Of a stretch of DNA of 64,000 nucleotides, positions 1 through 11,659 are shown in pieces. Made by a program: the position numbers and the translations under genes. The stretch lies in NCBI GenBank assembly GCA_026770705.1, contig JANJGN010000035.1, forward strand, positions 7,378,001-7,442,000, given 5' to 3'. Numbering within the stretch: the first letter of the stretch is position 1; each line of letters opens with the position of its first letter. The notes beneath the pieces are model-generated. The model saw only the letters and a program-made list of their open reading frames with translations, did no database searches and was not told the origin of the DNA. The stretch is from Isurus oxyrinchus (Eukaryota).

Positions 1-29
1 TTCTACAGGGCCCACCTTCGCCAGAAACA

Positions 30-540
30 GACCAAGTTATCCAATAATCTAAGAACCTTCCACCTGCAGCAAACCTAACCCAAGTATTCAACTGCTCTAC
101 TCTGTTATTTAATTGCTCACTAGTACGTCACATTGGGAGTGATCCAGAGATTACAGCCAGGAAGGTCCTGTTTTTCAGTCTACTGCATAACTCATGAATT
201 CTTGCTGGAAAACCTCATCTCTCTTTTTACCTATGTCATGGGTGCCAACTTGTACCATGACCTTTGCCTTATCACCCTCACGTTCAAGATGTCCTGCAGC
301 CATTCAGTGACATCCCGGACCATGGCACCAGAGAGGCAACACACCACCCTGGAGTCACAGTGATGTCCACAGTGGCACCTAACTGTACCGTTGACTATAA
401 AAACCCCTAATAGATTTCTTCTTTCTCTCTTCCTCCCCTCCTCTACAGACAGGCTGTTTGTGGTTCCAGAAGCTTGGCTTTGTCTGCACTCCCTGGAGGA
501 ACCATCACTATCCTCAGCCTTCGAAATGTAATAGCAATTG
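30..540 (-). mobile_element. CR1 LINE ORF1 (SGNH esterase) fragment
   Basis: Minus translation 'CGHHCDSRVVCCLSGAMVRDVTEWLQDIL' matches the CR1 ORF1 esterase motif 'SRMVCCLPGARVRDV'. Boundaries approximate. Confidence 0.75.
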
Positions 541-599
541 GCAAAGTGCTGGTTATCTGCCTTATGATGTGCTCTAGTCAACATGCTGTAGGACTACAC

Positions 600-1265
600 A
601 CTGTGTTATTAGAGACGGCGGCTGGTGCTGGTTGTGGGGTTCAATGCCAGGGTTTTGACGAAGCAATAGTGAAGGCACACAACATTTTTCCAAGCCATGC
701 TAGTCTGCAAACTTGGAGGTAAATTTTCAGTTGGTGATATCCCAATGTATCTGCTGGAATTCACCATGTAGATGGTAGCGGTCGTGGAGTTGGAACATGC
801 TATCTAAGGTGGCTTTCTGAGTTTTTTCAGTGCAACTTATTGATGGTACATATTGCTTCCTCTGTGCTAAGGTGGTGGTGGGAGTGAATGGGAGTACCGA
901 ACAACTGTTTTTTTTTTCATTATTTGACTGTGCCCTCAGCTTCTTGAGATTTATAGGAGCTGCACTCATTAGAGCAGATAGGGCATAGTCAATCAGACTC
1001 CTGGCCTGTGAGTTCTGGTGAGCAACTGGCGTTGAGAAGTCAGGAGGTGAGTTATTCGGATCATGATTCCTAGCCTCTGACATATTCTTGTAGCCACCAT
1101 ATTTAAACCGCTATTCCAGTTCAGTTTCTGGTGAATGATAATCTCAGGATTGTTATTGTGTGAATTCCGGCGAAATTAATGCCATTGAATGTCAAACGGC
1201 CATGGTTAGATGGGTCTGCTGGGTCTTCTGCAATCACCAGCAAACATTCCCACTCCTGATCTTAT
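600..1265 (-). mobile_element. Degraded LINE (CR1/L2-group) ORF2 3' fragment
   Basis: 'ARSLIDYALSALMSAAPINLKKL' resembles the post-RT motif 'RSVMEYSPLAWMSAAPTTLKKL'. Similar to 10100-10600. Confidence 0.65.
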
Positions 1266-1694
1266 TACAGAAGAATGTAAATAGGAGCTACGTTACGAAC
1301 TTCCCATGTTTGAATGCCTGAAGGTACAATAAACAGAGGCCCATTTGGACAGATAGTGATTAAAAGTCAACGATGGGAATCTATTTGCCTATTCAGACAG
1401 AGTATGGAGCTGCGCATTTTACTTGAAATATGCAGCACTAAATAAATGTTTGTACATATAGAACACCTACGCTGAGTTTTCTGACGTTCTCCGTATAATC
1501 TACATATTATAAATCACTCCTGTTTATGATTTATTTTATTTGATTTTTTTTATTCATTTGATTATTTATTTGACAATTAATACCATTTATCCTAATATAT
1601 ATATATATAGCTTATATTTTGTTAAATTAGGAAACGGGCGAAGGAGATTCCCACTTATGTTATTTCAATGTATGGCATTAATAGGAAGACAAAA

Positions 1695-1746
1695 ATGCTT
1701 CAGGAAAGAAACAGCACCACCTGGAATTATAGGCAGGAAGCTGCAG
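1695..1746 (+). CDS. NLR putative first coding exon (MLQERNSTTWNYRQEAA)
   Basis: ATG at 1695, strong donor CAG|GTGAGT at 1746/1747, and phase 1 matches the next exon. Possible acceptor TTAG at 1630. Confidence 0.55.
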
Positions 1747-2775
1747 GTGAGTGTTTACGTGATTTTCTTTATATGATTAAATAGTAATTAGTGATTAAAT
1801 CAACTGTAGTTGAAGTGGAGAATAAATAGTCTGTGATTCTCTCTCCAAGCTTAACCATCACTACATCGACGAACCGACGTTTTCAATATTCATAGTGTAA
1901 ATTCTATTTGCCCTTGTTGCCTCTTTCCTTGGCCATGTGCATTCATGCGTCAAGGAATCTTTATTGTGCTGACTTGGAGTATTTACTCTTCTCTGTTAAA
2001 GGCATCATGGCAATGACATTTTGATGTAAAACATCTTTTCATTAATAATGTGGACCCTTAGGCCTTGGCAGTTCAGTTTATAGTGGAATAATGCAGTTAG
2101 TTCTTCAATTTCATTATATATCAGATTTTCTTACATTATTTATTTTCTGCTGGGGCAAAAAGGCAGGTGTGAAGTCGTTACCTAATGCTACAATATCACA
2201 TGGAAATTGCATTCAAGTCCCTGTTGGAAAAAAAATTGGGAAGCATTAACAATGCTTTTGCCAGCGTTTCACTCCATTTTAAGCAGCCATTTTTTAAACT
2301 TCAAGTTTCCATCAGCTTTACTTGACACAGCATTACAGTCGTTTATTACTCAAAACAATCATTAGTGAATTCACCATCTCATCTGCAACGATATATAAGC
2401 TCTACCAGTTTACTTACACATTCTGCCTGCTATCCGCAATGGTGCACCCTGGTCCCTCCAATGCATGCTCTTCTCTTTAAACTAGCACTTCCTTTACTCC
2501 AGACTCAAAACAATTATCTCATAGCCACACGCTGTATAGTGTTTTTATTGTTACACCTGTTTCTGCTTTCTGCTTACTTAACTTAGACTAAACGTTTTCC
2601 AATGCTTGCTCCATTCCTAACAACTCTACGACAATGATACATCTTTGTATGTTTTTCAGTACACAGAGAGGCTCCACGAGCCATGTCACCGCATTAAATT
2701 ATTTCAAATATCAGTGTTCACGGCGCCCCCGTAGGTGAATTGTAATTTAATTTCTCCTCTTTTTAACTTTTGCAG

Positions 2776-2945
2776 AAAATTCAAATGCTAAAATCTTCCA
2801 GATGCTGGCGGAGTGCACGGATGTTCAATTTCACAGAATTACTTATAGGTACGATCATGAATTAGAACATTCAATTGAAGAATTTGTTGAGGAATTTAGT
2901 CAGTTGCTCACAAGTGCAAAGGTTTTGACTGAAGAAGATTATAAG
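2776..2945 (+). CDS. NLR exon: first half of CARD-like domain (ENSNAKIFQMLAECTDVQFHRITYRYDHELEHSIEEFVEEFSQLLTSAKVLTEEDYK)
   Basis: Polypyrimidine tract plus TGCAG acceptor, AAG|GTAGGT donor and an open frame. Resembles the N-terminal helical domain of shark NLRs. Confidence 0.8.
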
Positions 2946-5900
2946 GTAGGTTAAGTATTGCTGCACATGCATTAAGTGTCAATTGACCCATATTAGGGAC
3001 TGCTTAGAGAGAATATATCCCGCAGAGCCATAAGCTCTACTAAGATCTATACAGTGGCTTTAGAAGCTCCACTAGATGGCAAACATATGTCCAAGCATGA
3101 AGTCACATTTCAGATACAGGGAAAAACCCAAAGCATCTTGGAGTGAAAAGTTGTGGACGGAAATACTTGAAAAGTTTGCAGCATTCAGCGAAAGCATAGC
3201 ACCAGAGAGATACCTGTGGGTAGTTCAAAAGGAGTAACAGACTTCTAATATCATGTGAAGAAATTAACAGCAGGAAACAAAGCAAAATGTCGAAATCAAT
3301 ATACGGTCAAGCCGTTGAAATCCCTTTCTTTCTCTTACAAACAATGACACGTTTCTCTTAAAGCACATGTTGTTAGAAACACTGCAAACTTGGTTCGATT
3401 TATTAAAGATGTCCTCGGAGAATATACAATTCTGACCTTTTATTACTACTTTGATTCTTTGTCATACTTTTCGCGCCAGTGGCCATCACCAAATTCACTG
3501 AAACGTGATTCCTCATTTTCAACTTGTGCAAATTCACTTTCCTGAAGTGTCTTACAACGTTACCAAATTATCAGTCTTACAATTCGGTGACAATGAGTTA
3601 TTTTGATCGAATTCCCTTGGTGCAATCACATACTTCCCTCATTCTTAACAGAGCTCATAAGGTATAAGGGCCATCATTCGAATGTTACTTGACCCATAAT
3701 GACGACTGTTTATCTTGAATATATTCGCAGTATCCTAAATAAGCAAAGTGCCCAAGCGTGTATAGAATTAATGACATGGCATTTCTGCTCGGTGCAAAAC
3801 ATTTCATCTTTGTGATGGCTTTTGGCAGCATTCAGTGAATTAATTTCGTCTGGAATTGTCAACAAATAAATTACAAAAAGAAAAGAACAAAGTACGGCAT
3901 GCAAAGGCACAATATGATAGTTTCGAGGTTGTGCTACTTCCAGCTGTTTCAAGAAGAAATTTTATAGTGTTTGATTTGGATCAGCTCAGTTAATATTACA
4001 CAGTGATGGGTTCCCTTTGCATTTAGCTTATTAAGGAACCGTTGCTAGAATTAAAATAAAATGATTGTTAAAACACAGCTTAAGGAAAACAAATTTCCAA
4101 ACTGAATATTCGGCCACACAGTTGGCACATAGGTGCAAAACAATGAAATTCATCCGGAGAGTCGCTCATTGAGATTAATATTCCCTGTAGCCAGCAATAT
4201 TAGCATCTTTAGGACCGCATTAAAGACACGTGCAAATTATCTCTGCCAAACCTCTTGCAGTTAAGTCAATTCCATTGCTCACATTTAGGAAATCGTTTGG
4301 TTGACTCCGGAATTGGCAGGATATTTCCCATTGATGGTATGCATTAGTCCAAGAGTTAACCAATATTTCATGACTTCGAGGAAAGAAACAAATATATTTT
4401 ATGAAAAATTATATAAGGTAACATTGATAACACATGAATTATGTGCCATCAAACTAACAGCTATGAGATTCCATGAGGCACCTCGTACAAGTAATATATG
4501 CAAATTTCACCAAGTGTAAAAATAAACTGCAGAAAAAAGAAACCTGTCGAAATTATCATACATTCAAGGCCTAGTACTGTTTCTGTATTCTGTCAGAAAA
4601 TTACGTCTTTACAATTATACACAGACTGGCATAAACATTACCAGATGTGTTTTATAAAGACGGCTTCAAAAATAGTTCCTTTCACCTGAGTGAATTGGGC
4701 GTCCACGTAATATTATTGTGGACGTATGTAACTTGACTTTCTGAAGAAAAAAAAACATTATGAATATAACAAAGCATCATTCATAATTAATGCATTATTT
4801 TGTTTGAAGCATCTTCTTTGCATTTGCATCCCGATAGTCACAAACGCCTCCCTAACCCCATTTCATTCGGCATTTTATCCAGAGAATTTTAATTACGCTT
4901 GCTTTATTGTCGTATATGTCTTCTCCTGTGATATCTCTTTGTTGATAATTGCAATTAGCCTTTCTGAGAAACGTCATTCTTCGCTATCACGGTATCCTCT
5001 TTCAACTTTTGTTCAGTCAAATATAGTTGTATCTCTCATATTCCAGACTTTGGCGATGGTCTTGCCACTAGCATTAATAACCTTGTTTTCAGCCATTAAA
5101 CAACAACAACGAATAATATTACAGAAAATGTCACAAATATGCAGAAGATTTGGCGGAATTTCGGGGGAGAGAAACTAGCTCTGAAATATAGCTGTTGGTC
5201 TTAAACCAGAACAAAGCGTGTTGGAAATTAAAAATCGTCAAACATATGAAAAGTGATGGTTAGAGTCGGAGGAGTGGTAGAACTTTGGTTCGGTTGGTGG
5301 CCAGCCCACAAAGTCCTCAACCCGTGAATCAAATATAAAATTAGAGAGACGAAGAAAGATGAATGGTAACGAACGAATTATATAACACAATGTGGTAAAG
5401 TGTGAAAATAAAAGCTCGGCAATTAATAATTCACTATTCCCTGCATTGTTCTTCATGCCAATGCCTGTGGCGATCAGATTCCGCTTGCAAACCCGTTTTT
5501 TATGCTGTTGTTTCCTTTTACTCTCTTGGGTGGCTGTTGCAATGAATGTGAGGTGTAAAGCTTCAATATTATTCATTCTTTTAAGTCATAGTCAAAAGCA
5601 TTCCAACGAAGCGAATATGCTTAGCAGTTACATGCCTATATAATTCATTCGGGTCTCCGTTTATGTAACCTGGCACTCTCTTTACTTGTTTTATTTGTAT
5701 GTTTTCTAATACTTGCATCTGACAGAACTAATTTGAGCATGGATCTCAATTGTGTTATCAATTCGACATCGTTCATGTGTATCTGTATGTTCTGCTTAAA
5801 GTTATCGTTCAAAGCATGGATTTCCAAGTGGCTTTCTGCCCACTGAAACCACTACTCCAATCACAACACTCAGTGCATTCACATTCGTGGACAGCAACCC

Positions 5901-6459
5901 TAATTTAGGATTCACTGCTCCCCTCTATTATTACTGCGCCTAGTGCATTGAAGTTTCATTTTCTTTATCTTGTGCCTCTCGAAATGTTTTGTGCACTTAT
6001 TATTCCTCTATAAGGTTACCCGATGTTTCCAACGGAGTTGCCGAGTTACTTGGAAGATCCCTCAAATTGTTGATATCATTTATTATGCGTAGACACAAAT
6101 CATGAAGGCTCAATTTAAAAGTATACATTTTATTTAGATTGCATCCAGGTGTGATATTGTACCGCTAGGGTTGGATGTTCAGGAAAAAGTTGAGGTCCTT
6201 GAACTGATCTTTGTTGGATGTTTGATCATGTTTCTGAAGCGATGAAAAATGAAGTTTGACAAGGCAAAAATGACAAACTGAACTCCTGTTGGATAGAAGA
6301 ACATTATTTCTTAAGCGCGGGCATTCCAGCACGAGAAATTGCAATGAAATTAATATTAATAAAAATATAAAAGACAAATTTCTAGCCATAGAATAGAAAT
6401 AGAAATGATAATGCACAGAAATAGTCAACTTAGCTTATCGTGCCTGCGATGGCATGCAG

Positions 6460-6800
6460 TCCAATGCCAGATCCTGTCCTACCCTGCAGTTTGTGTCATT
6501 TGTATTCCATATCCAGACACCCATTAAATGAGCTGGGGATTTCTGCCTCTGATGTCCTTTCAGGCAGCGAGTTCCAGGCCACCACAATCCTCTGCGTGAC
6601 AAGAAAAACCGTAATCTTCCCTGCAATTTTGCTACAAATCACGTTAAATATAAACCCCCTACTCAGTCATCCGTGTGCTAAAGTAGAGGCACTTCCCAAG
6701 CACCCTTTCTTGGCTGGCCACAATTCGATATATCTCAATCAAATCTCGGGTCAACATCCTCTCTTCCAAGGACCACCTCATTTCGCACTGCCGAACAAAG
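6460..6800 (-). mobile_element. CR1 LINE 3' fragment
   Basis: 'WSLEERMLTRDLIEIYRIV' corresponds to the CR1 ORF2 C-terminal motif 'FSLERRRLRGDLIEVYKI'. Confidence 0.65.
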
Positions 6801-7144
6801 CTAACACTCTGAACAAACATTTCAAGGCTGTCATAAAATATCCTCATGTGGCTCAGTGACAGATTTTCCTAAATAATTAGCTCCCGTTTGTTACACTTAT
6901 TAAAATCTATGATGCAAATAAAAGGTGCACTCTGTTTTTGTTGTTGTTGAATATGAGTTCTTCTCATTTTTGCAATAGATGTTCATGGTACTGACACATG
7001 TTCTTTAAAAAAAAACTACAAACTCGAACTCTGAGGATTCCTATTATGCATCGTGACGAAGAAAATAAGAACGACAAAGCACCTGTTCCTATTATTGTTC
7101 ACCTTTGTTGACTAATTGTGGGATGGAAACTACGTTTATTACAG

Positions 7145-7316
7145 AGAATCACAAGCTTAGCTGAAAGCCAATCATATAAGGAAGCTTCCAAGCTCAGTTT
7201 GGATATTATACTGGGTAAGAACACTACAGACAAAAGAGTCATGTGGAACATGTTATTTGAACTGCAGCAAAACAAACCCAAACTGAAAACCACCTTGCTG
7301 GAGACAGAACGGACAG
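7145..7316 (+). CDS. NLR exon: second half of CARD-like domain (RITSLAESQSYKEASKLSLDIILGKNTTDKRVMWNMLFELQQNKPKLKTTLLETERTG)
   Basis: TTACAG acceptor, ACAG|GTAATT donor and an open frame (within ORF 7118-7369). The motif 'SKL.L..I..K....RVMW..F......PKL...L.E' is typical of chondrichthyan NLRs. Confidence 0.85.
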
Positions 7317-8399
7317 GTAATTTGACAGAATTAGTTTTTTCACCCAAAATTTGGTCGTGTATAAGATGACATTTGCCTTTCGGTGTTAGGAATTAGGGGC
7401 AAGGCAACGTTGCCTGTTCACGTTGCAATCGAATATTATTAACTGGCCTAAAGCAGGACCTCTGGCTCAGTTCAGCGTGATGGCGATTCATTCTTTAAAA
7501 AGGAAACATTACTTTAATTTCACAGAAGTTTTTTTTAAACTTTTCCCAAAGCTTCATGTGAATCATAGCGTCCACCATAAATAAGTAGGCTTTGAACTGT
7601 AGGGGACGCAACTCTTTCTACGCATGCAGCCATGCTGAATCTAAACGCCCGTCGCAAAAACTTTGAAACCATGCGACCTTCACTCTGCTGCTTCAGCGAA
7701 TGAAAAAATATTTTACTGACACTACGATTGCAATTCCAGATCTGACATTGACATATGCGAACACGTCCTTCAGCGGGGCTCTGGGTGTAGGTTTGGAGCC
7801 GGGGTGTTGGGAGGCAAGCTGCAATGTAGAATGAAAACACCAGCACACTCATAAATCTCGGCCTACGGTGACGAGAATATATCAGACATTAACACAGCAT
7901 CTGCCTCAAGCAGGTGCGACAGCAGCTCTTGCCAAAGATCCAAAAATAAAATTCAAGAAGTGAAGCTGACGCATTGGGAAGAATCAGAGGCATATGAATC
8001 CAGCCTGACATGCAAAGAAAGTTTGTCCTCAAAATTTCAACGGACCTGGTTTACCAATCGAGGGTCCGCATTCTTCAAAAGTCAGAGAGACAGGGTCATT
8101 TATAACTGTACTTCCCCCAAGATACCATGAAAGAGCTGGGTGACCTAATGGAGAACTACAGGAACCATATTAGACTTCGGATAAGCCATTGCTTGAGAAT
8201 TTGAAGATCAATGTAGCACTGTATTTTTACGCATTTTCCACTGAATGTATTTGTCGGGTCTCACGGTCTGCCGTTGTTTGGTGCATCAACCGTTGCCCAA
8301 GGGATGAAATTGGGGTCGTTATGGTAATCCAAAGCTTAGCCAGAGGGCGAAAGAGAATGGAATTATAACGGCAAGTAAAAAAAAGACCGTGGCAGGGAG

Positions 8400-9840
8400 G
8401 GACCGGTAGTCATGTTCCAAGAGTTCTGGAAATGTCCCAGAGGATCGAAAAAATGCCAGTGTAACATTCTTATTCAAAAAAGGAGGGATACACAGGCAAG
8501 TAACTATAGACCAGTTCGCTGAAATTCTGTCATTCCGAAAATGTTCATGTTCATTCTAAATGATACAATATCAAAACACTCAAAAATATATCATACAATC
8601 ATTCAGCGTCAGCTTTGCTTCATGAGGGAGAAACCTTAACTTCCACTTGTTATTAGAATTTTTTGGGGAGTTGTAAGGAGGGTAGATAAAGGAGAACTTG
8701 AAGAAGTGATATACTTGGATTTCCAAAAGTATTTCGATAAGGTAAGACACATAAGGCTACTTAATAAGACAAGAACTCATAGTCTTGTTACTATATTAGG
8801 ATGGACAGAGGATTGACTAACGAATTGAAGACAGAGAATTGGGATAAGCAGGGCACTTTCATAATGGCATATTTTGAATATGGAGTACCACAGGCATCAT
8901 TGCTTGGGACACAGTTACTTAAAATATATGTTAATGACTTGGCTGAGGGGAATGAATTCACGAAGATTCCTGTTGGGACAACATTAAGCGGGACAGCAAT
9001 GGTGAGGTTGACGCAGACATGTTAAGTGAGTGGTCAAAAATCTTGGCAGATAGAATACAACATTGCAATATGTGAGGTGCGCACTTTTGTTGGTAAATCA
9101 GAGGGTCTAGATATTATTTAAATGCAGAAATATTGTAGAAAGTTGCAGCACTCAGAGATTTGGTGTCCTGGGGCATCAATCACAAGAAAGTAGTGTAAAA
9201 TGTAGCAGGTAATATCGGAGGCAAACAGAATGTTGACCTTTATTTCAAAGCGAATGGAATATAGAAACAGAAAAGTATTGCTGCATGACACACGTCACTA
9301 GTTAGACCACCATAGATTCCTATGAACAGTTTTGGTCTGCTTATCTATAGAAAGATATGCTGGCATTGGAAGGATTCCAGTGCATTTTCATTAGTTTGCT
9401 TTCACGTATGGAAGGATTTTCTTATGAGAAACAATTAAGTCGGTTGGGTCTGTACTTAATAGAATTTAGAAGAATGAAAGGAGACATTATTGAAACATAA
9501 TGCATTAATAGGGAGTTGACAGGATAGGGGCTGCGAGGTGGTTTCCACATGTGTGTGAGCCTAACATCAAATGGCATATTCTGAAACTAAGGGTTTGGCT
9601 GTTTAAGGCAGAGATGAGGAGGAACTTCTACTCTTAGAGGGTAGTGAATCTGTATTTTTTTTTCTTTTTTTGCCACATAGAGATGTAAAGGTTCGGTCAA
9701 TAAAAATATCGAAGGCTGAGATAAACAGATCGAAAATCAGGAAGGGAATCAATGGTTATGGAGAAAAGGGAGAATAGTCGAATTTAGGATGACCAGATCA
9801 GCTATGATCTCACTGAATGACGGAGTGACTCGAATGTTCT
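8400..9840 (+). mobile_element. 5'-truncated CR1 LINE (RT and 3' end), degraded
   Basis: 'VPED.K.ASVT.LFKKGG...NYRPV', 'YLDFQKYFDKV', 'GVPQASLLGTQLLKIYVNDL' and a CR1-type 3' UTR. Many stops. Confidence 0.85.
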
Positions 9841-9849
9841 CTTTTTAAA

Positions 9850-11650
9850 ATTCAATCACAGGTTGTGGGATTCGCTGCCTGGGGCAGGCATTTACGGTAT
9901 TTGCCTTTGAGAAGATGGTGGAGAGGTCACTGCTTGAACCGGTGCTAACCATGTGGCTTAGGTACACCATTACTGCTGTTAGGAAAGGAGTTACACGACT
10001 TTTCCCCAGTGACAGTGAAGGAAGAGCGACATATTTCCAAGTCAGCATCGTGATTGAACTGGAAGGGAACTTCCAGGTGGTGATGTTCCAATTTAAGTTC
10101 TGCCCCTGTGGTGCTAGCTGAGAGTGGTCGAGGGCTTGGAAGGTGATGCCTAAAGAGATATGGTGAATCCCTGCAGTGCACCATATAAGTTGTGCACACT
10201 GCTGCTACTATGCATCGGTGTTCAAAGGATTCAATGTTTGTGGATGTGGTGCCAATCAAGGGGACTGAATTGTCCTAAATGGTTCCAACATCATCATCGA
10301 AATGGTAGCTGCAGTCATCCAGACAATTCGGGAGCATTACATGAAGCTCCATACTTGTGCCCTGTAGATGTTGGACACGCGTTGGGGAGTGAGGAGTTGA
10401 GTTAATCGTCGCACGATTTCCAACCCCTGAAATATTCTTGCATCCATAGTGTTTTTTTTTATGGCAAGTACTGTTCAGTTTCAGTAAAATAGGAAATTCC
10501 AGCTTTATGACTGTGGGCGATTTAGTGGTTAAAATGATATTGCACATGAGACGGTATTGTGTTCATGATGTCTTGTTGGAGATGATCATTCCCTGACACT
10601 TGTGTGGCGTGAATGAGAAATGCCACTTGTCAGCCAAAGCCGGAATAGAGTCCCGGTTTATCTGAATTTGGAGATGGAGGACATCAGTGTCTGAGGAATG
10701 CGAATGATGCTGGAAATTGTGCAAGCATCAGCGAACGTCCCCACTTTTTACCTTATGATGGAAGGAAGTTAACTGATAAAGAACCTTATAATGGATAGGC
10801 CTAGGACACTACCTTGAGGAATTTCTGAAGTCATATCCTGGAGCTGAGATGGCTCCCTTCGAACAGTCACAACCATCTTATTTTCTGCTGGGTATGGCTC
10901 CAACTAATGAAGGGCTCCAGCTTGATTCCCATTGACTCCAATTTTGCTACGGCTCCTTGATAACAAACATGGTAAAATTATGCCTTGCTGTCAAGTGAGT
11001 ACTCTTACCTCACCTCGTTTGTTCATCTCTTTTGTCCATTTATTAAGCAAGACTAAAACGTGGTCAGGAGATGACCGGCCTTGGCCTAAGCTAAATGCGT
11101 TGATAGCACTCTTGATGACACTTCCATTTCTTTACTGATGATAGAGAGTTTGTGAAGGGGCGATAAAAGGATGGGCACGAGTTGCACGCCGTTTCTGTAT
11201 ACAGGAAATCCCTGGACAATTTTCCAAATAACCACATAGATTACCATTTGTCTCTGTAGTAGGAGAGCTTGCTTAAGGGCGTGGCAATTTCTGCAGCAGG
11301 AACCTTCAATATCAACCTAGGAATTTTATCAGGACTCATAGTGTTTGCTGCATCCATGCCTTTAGGCATTTCTTGACATCATGCAGTGTTAATCAAATTG
11401 GCAGAAAAAATGGAAACTGTAATGCTGCTGACTTCGCAGGAGGCCGAGATGGAGCACCCAAACGACACCTCTGGCTGAGTAGTGTTACGAATGTTTCAGC
11501 CTCAATGATCACCGATGATCCCATGTCATCCATTATTGAGGATAGGGATATTTGCGGAGCCCCCTCCTACAGTTTGTTTAATTCTCCACAACAACTGACG
11601 ACTGGATGTTTTAAGACTCCAGAGCATATATCCAACCCGTGTTAGTCTGC
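9850..11650 (-). mobile_element. LINE (CR1/L2-group) 3' part: RT and tail; host of a nested CR1 insertion
   Basis: Degenerate RT and post-RT motifs on the minus strand ('ELHVMLPNCLDDCS' region). It continues collinearly at 15935-16830. Confidence 0.75.
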
Positions 11651-11659
11651 TTGCACACA

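Noticed and set aside
4804-5643. Hydrophobic ORFs suggesting membrane proteins
   Set aside because: AT-rich intron sequence with no recognisable motif or supporting exon structure.
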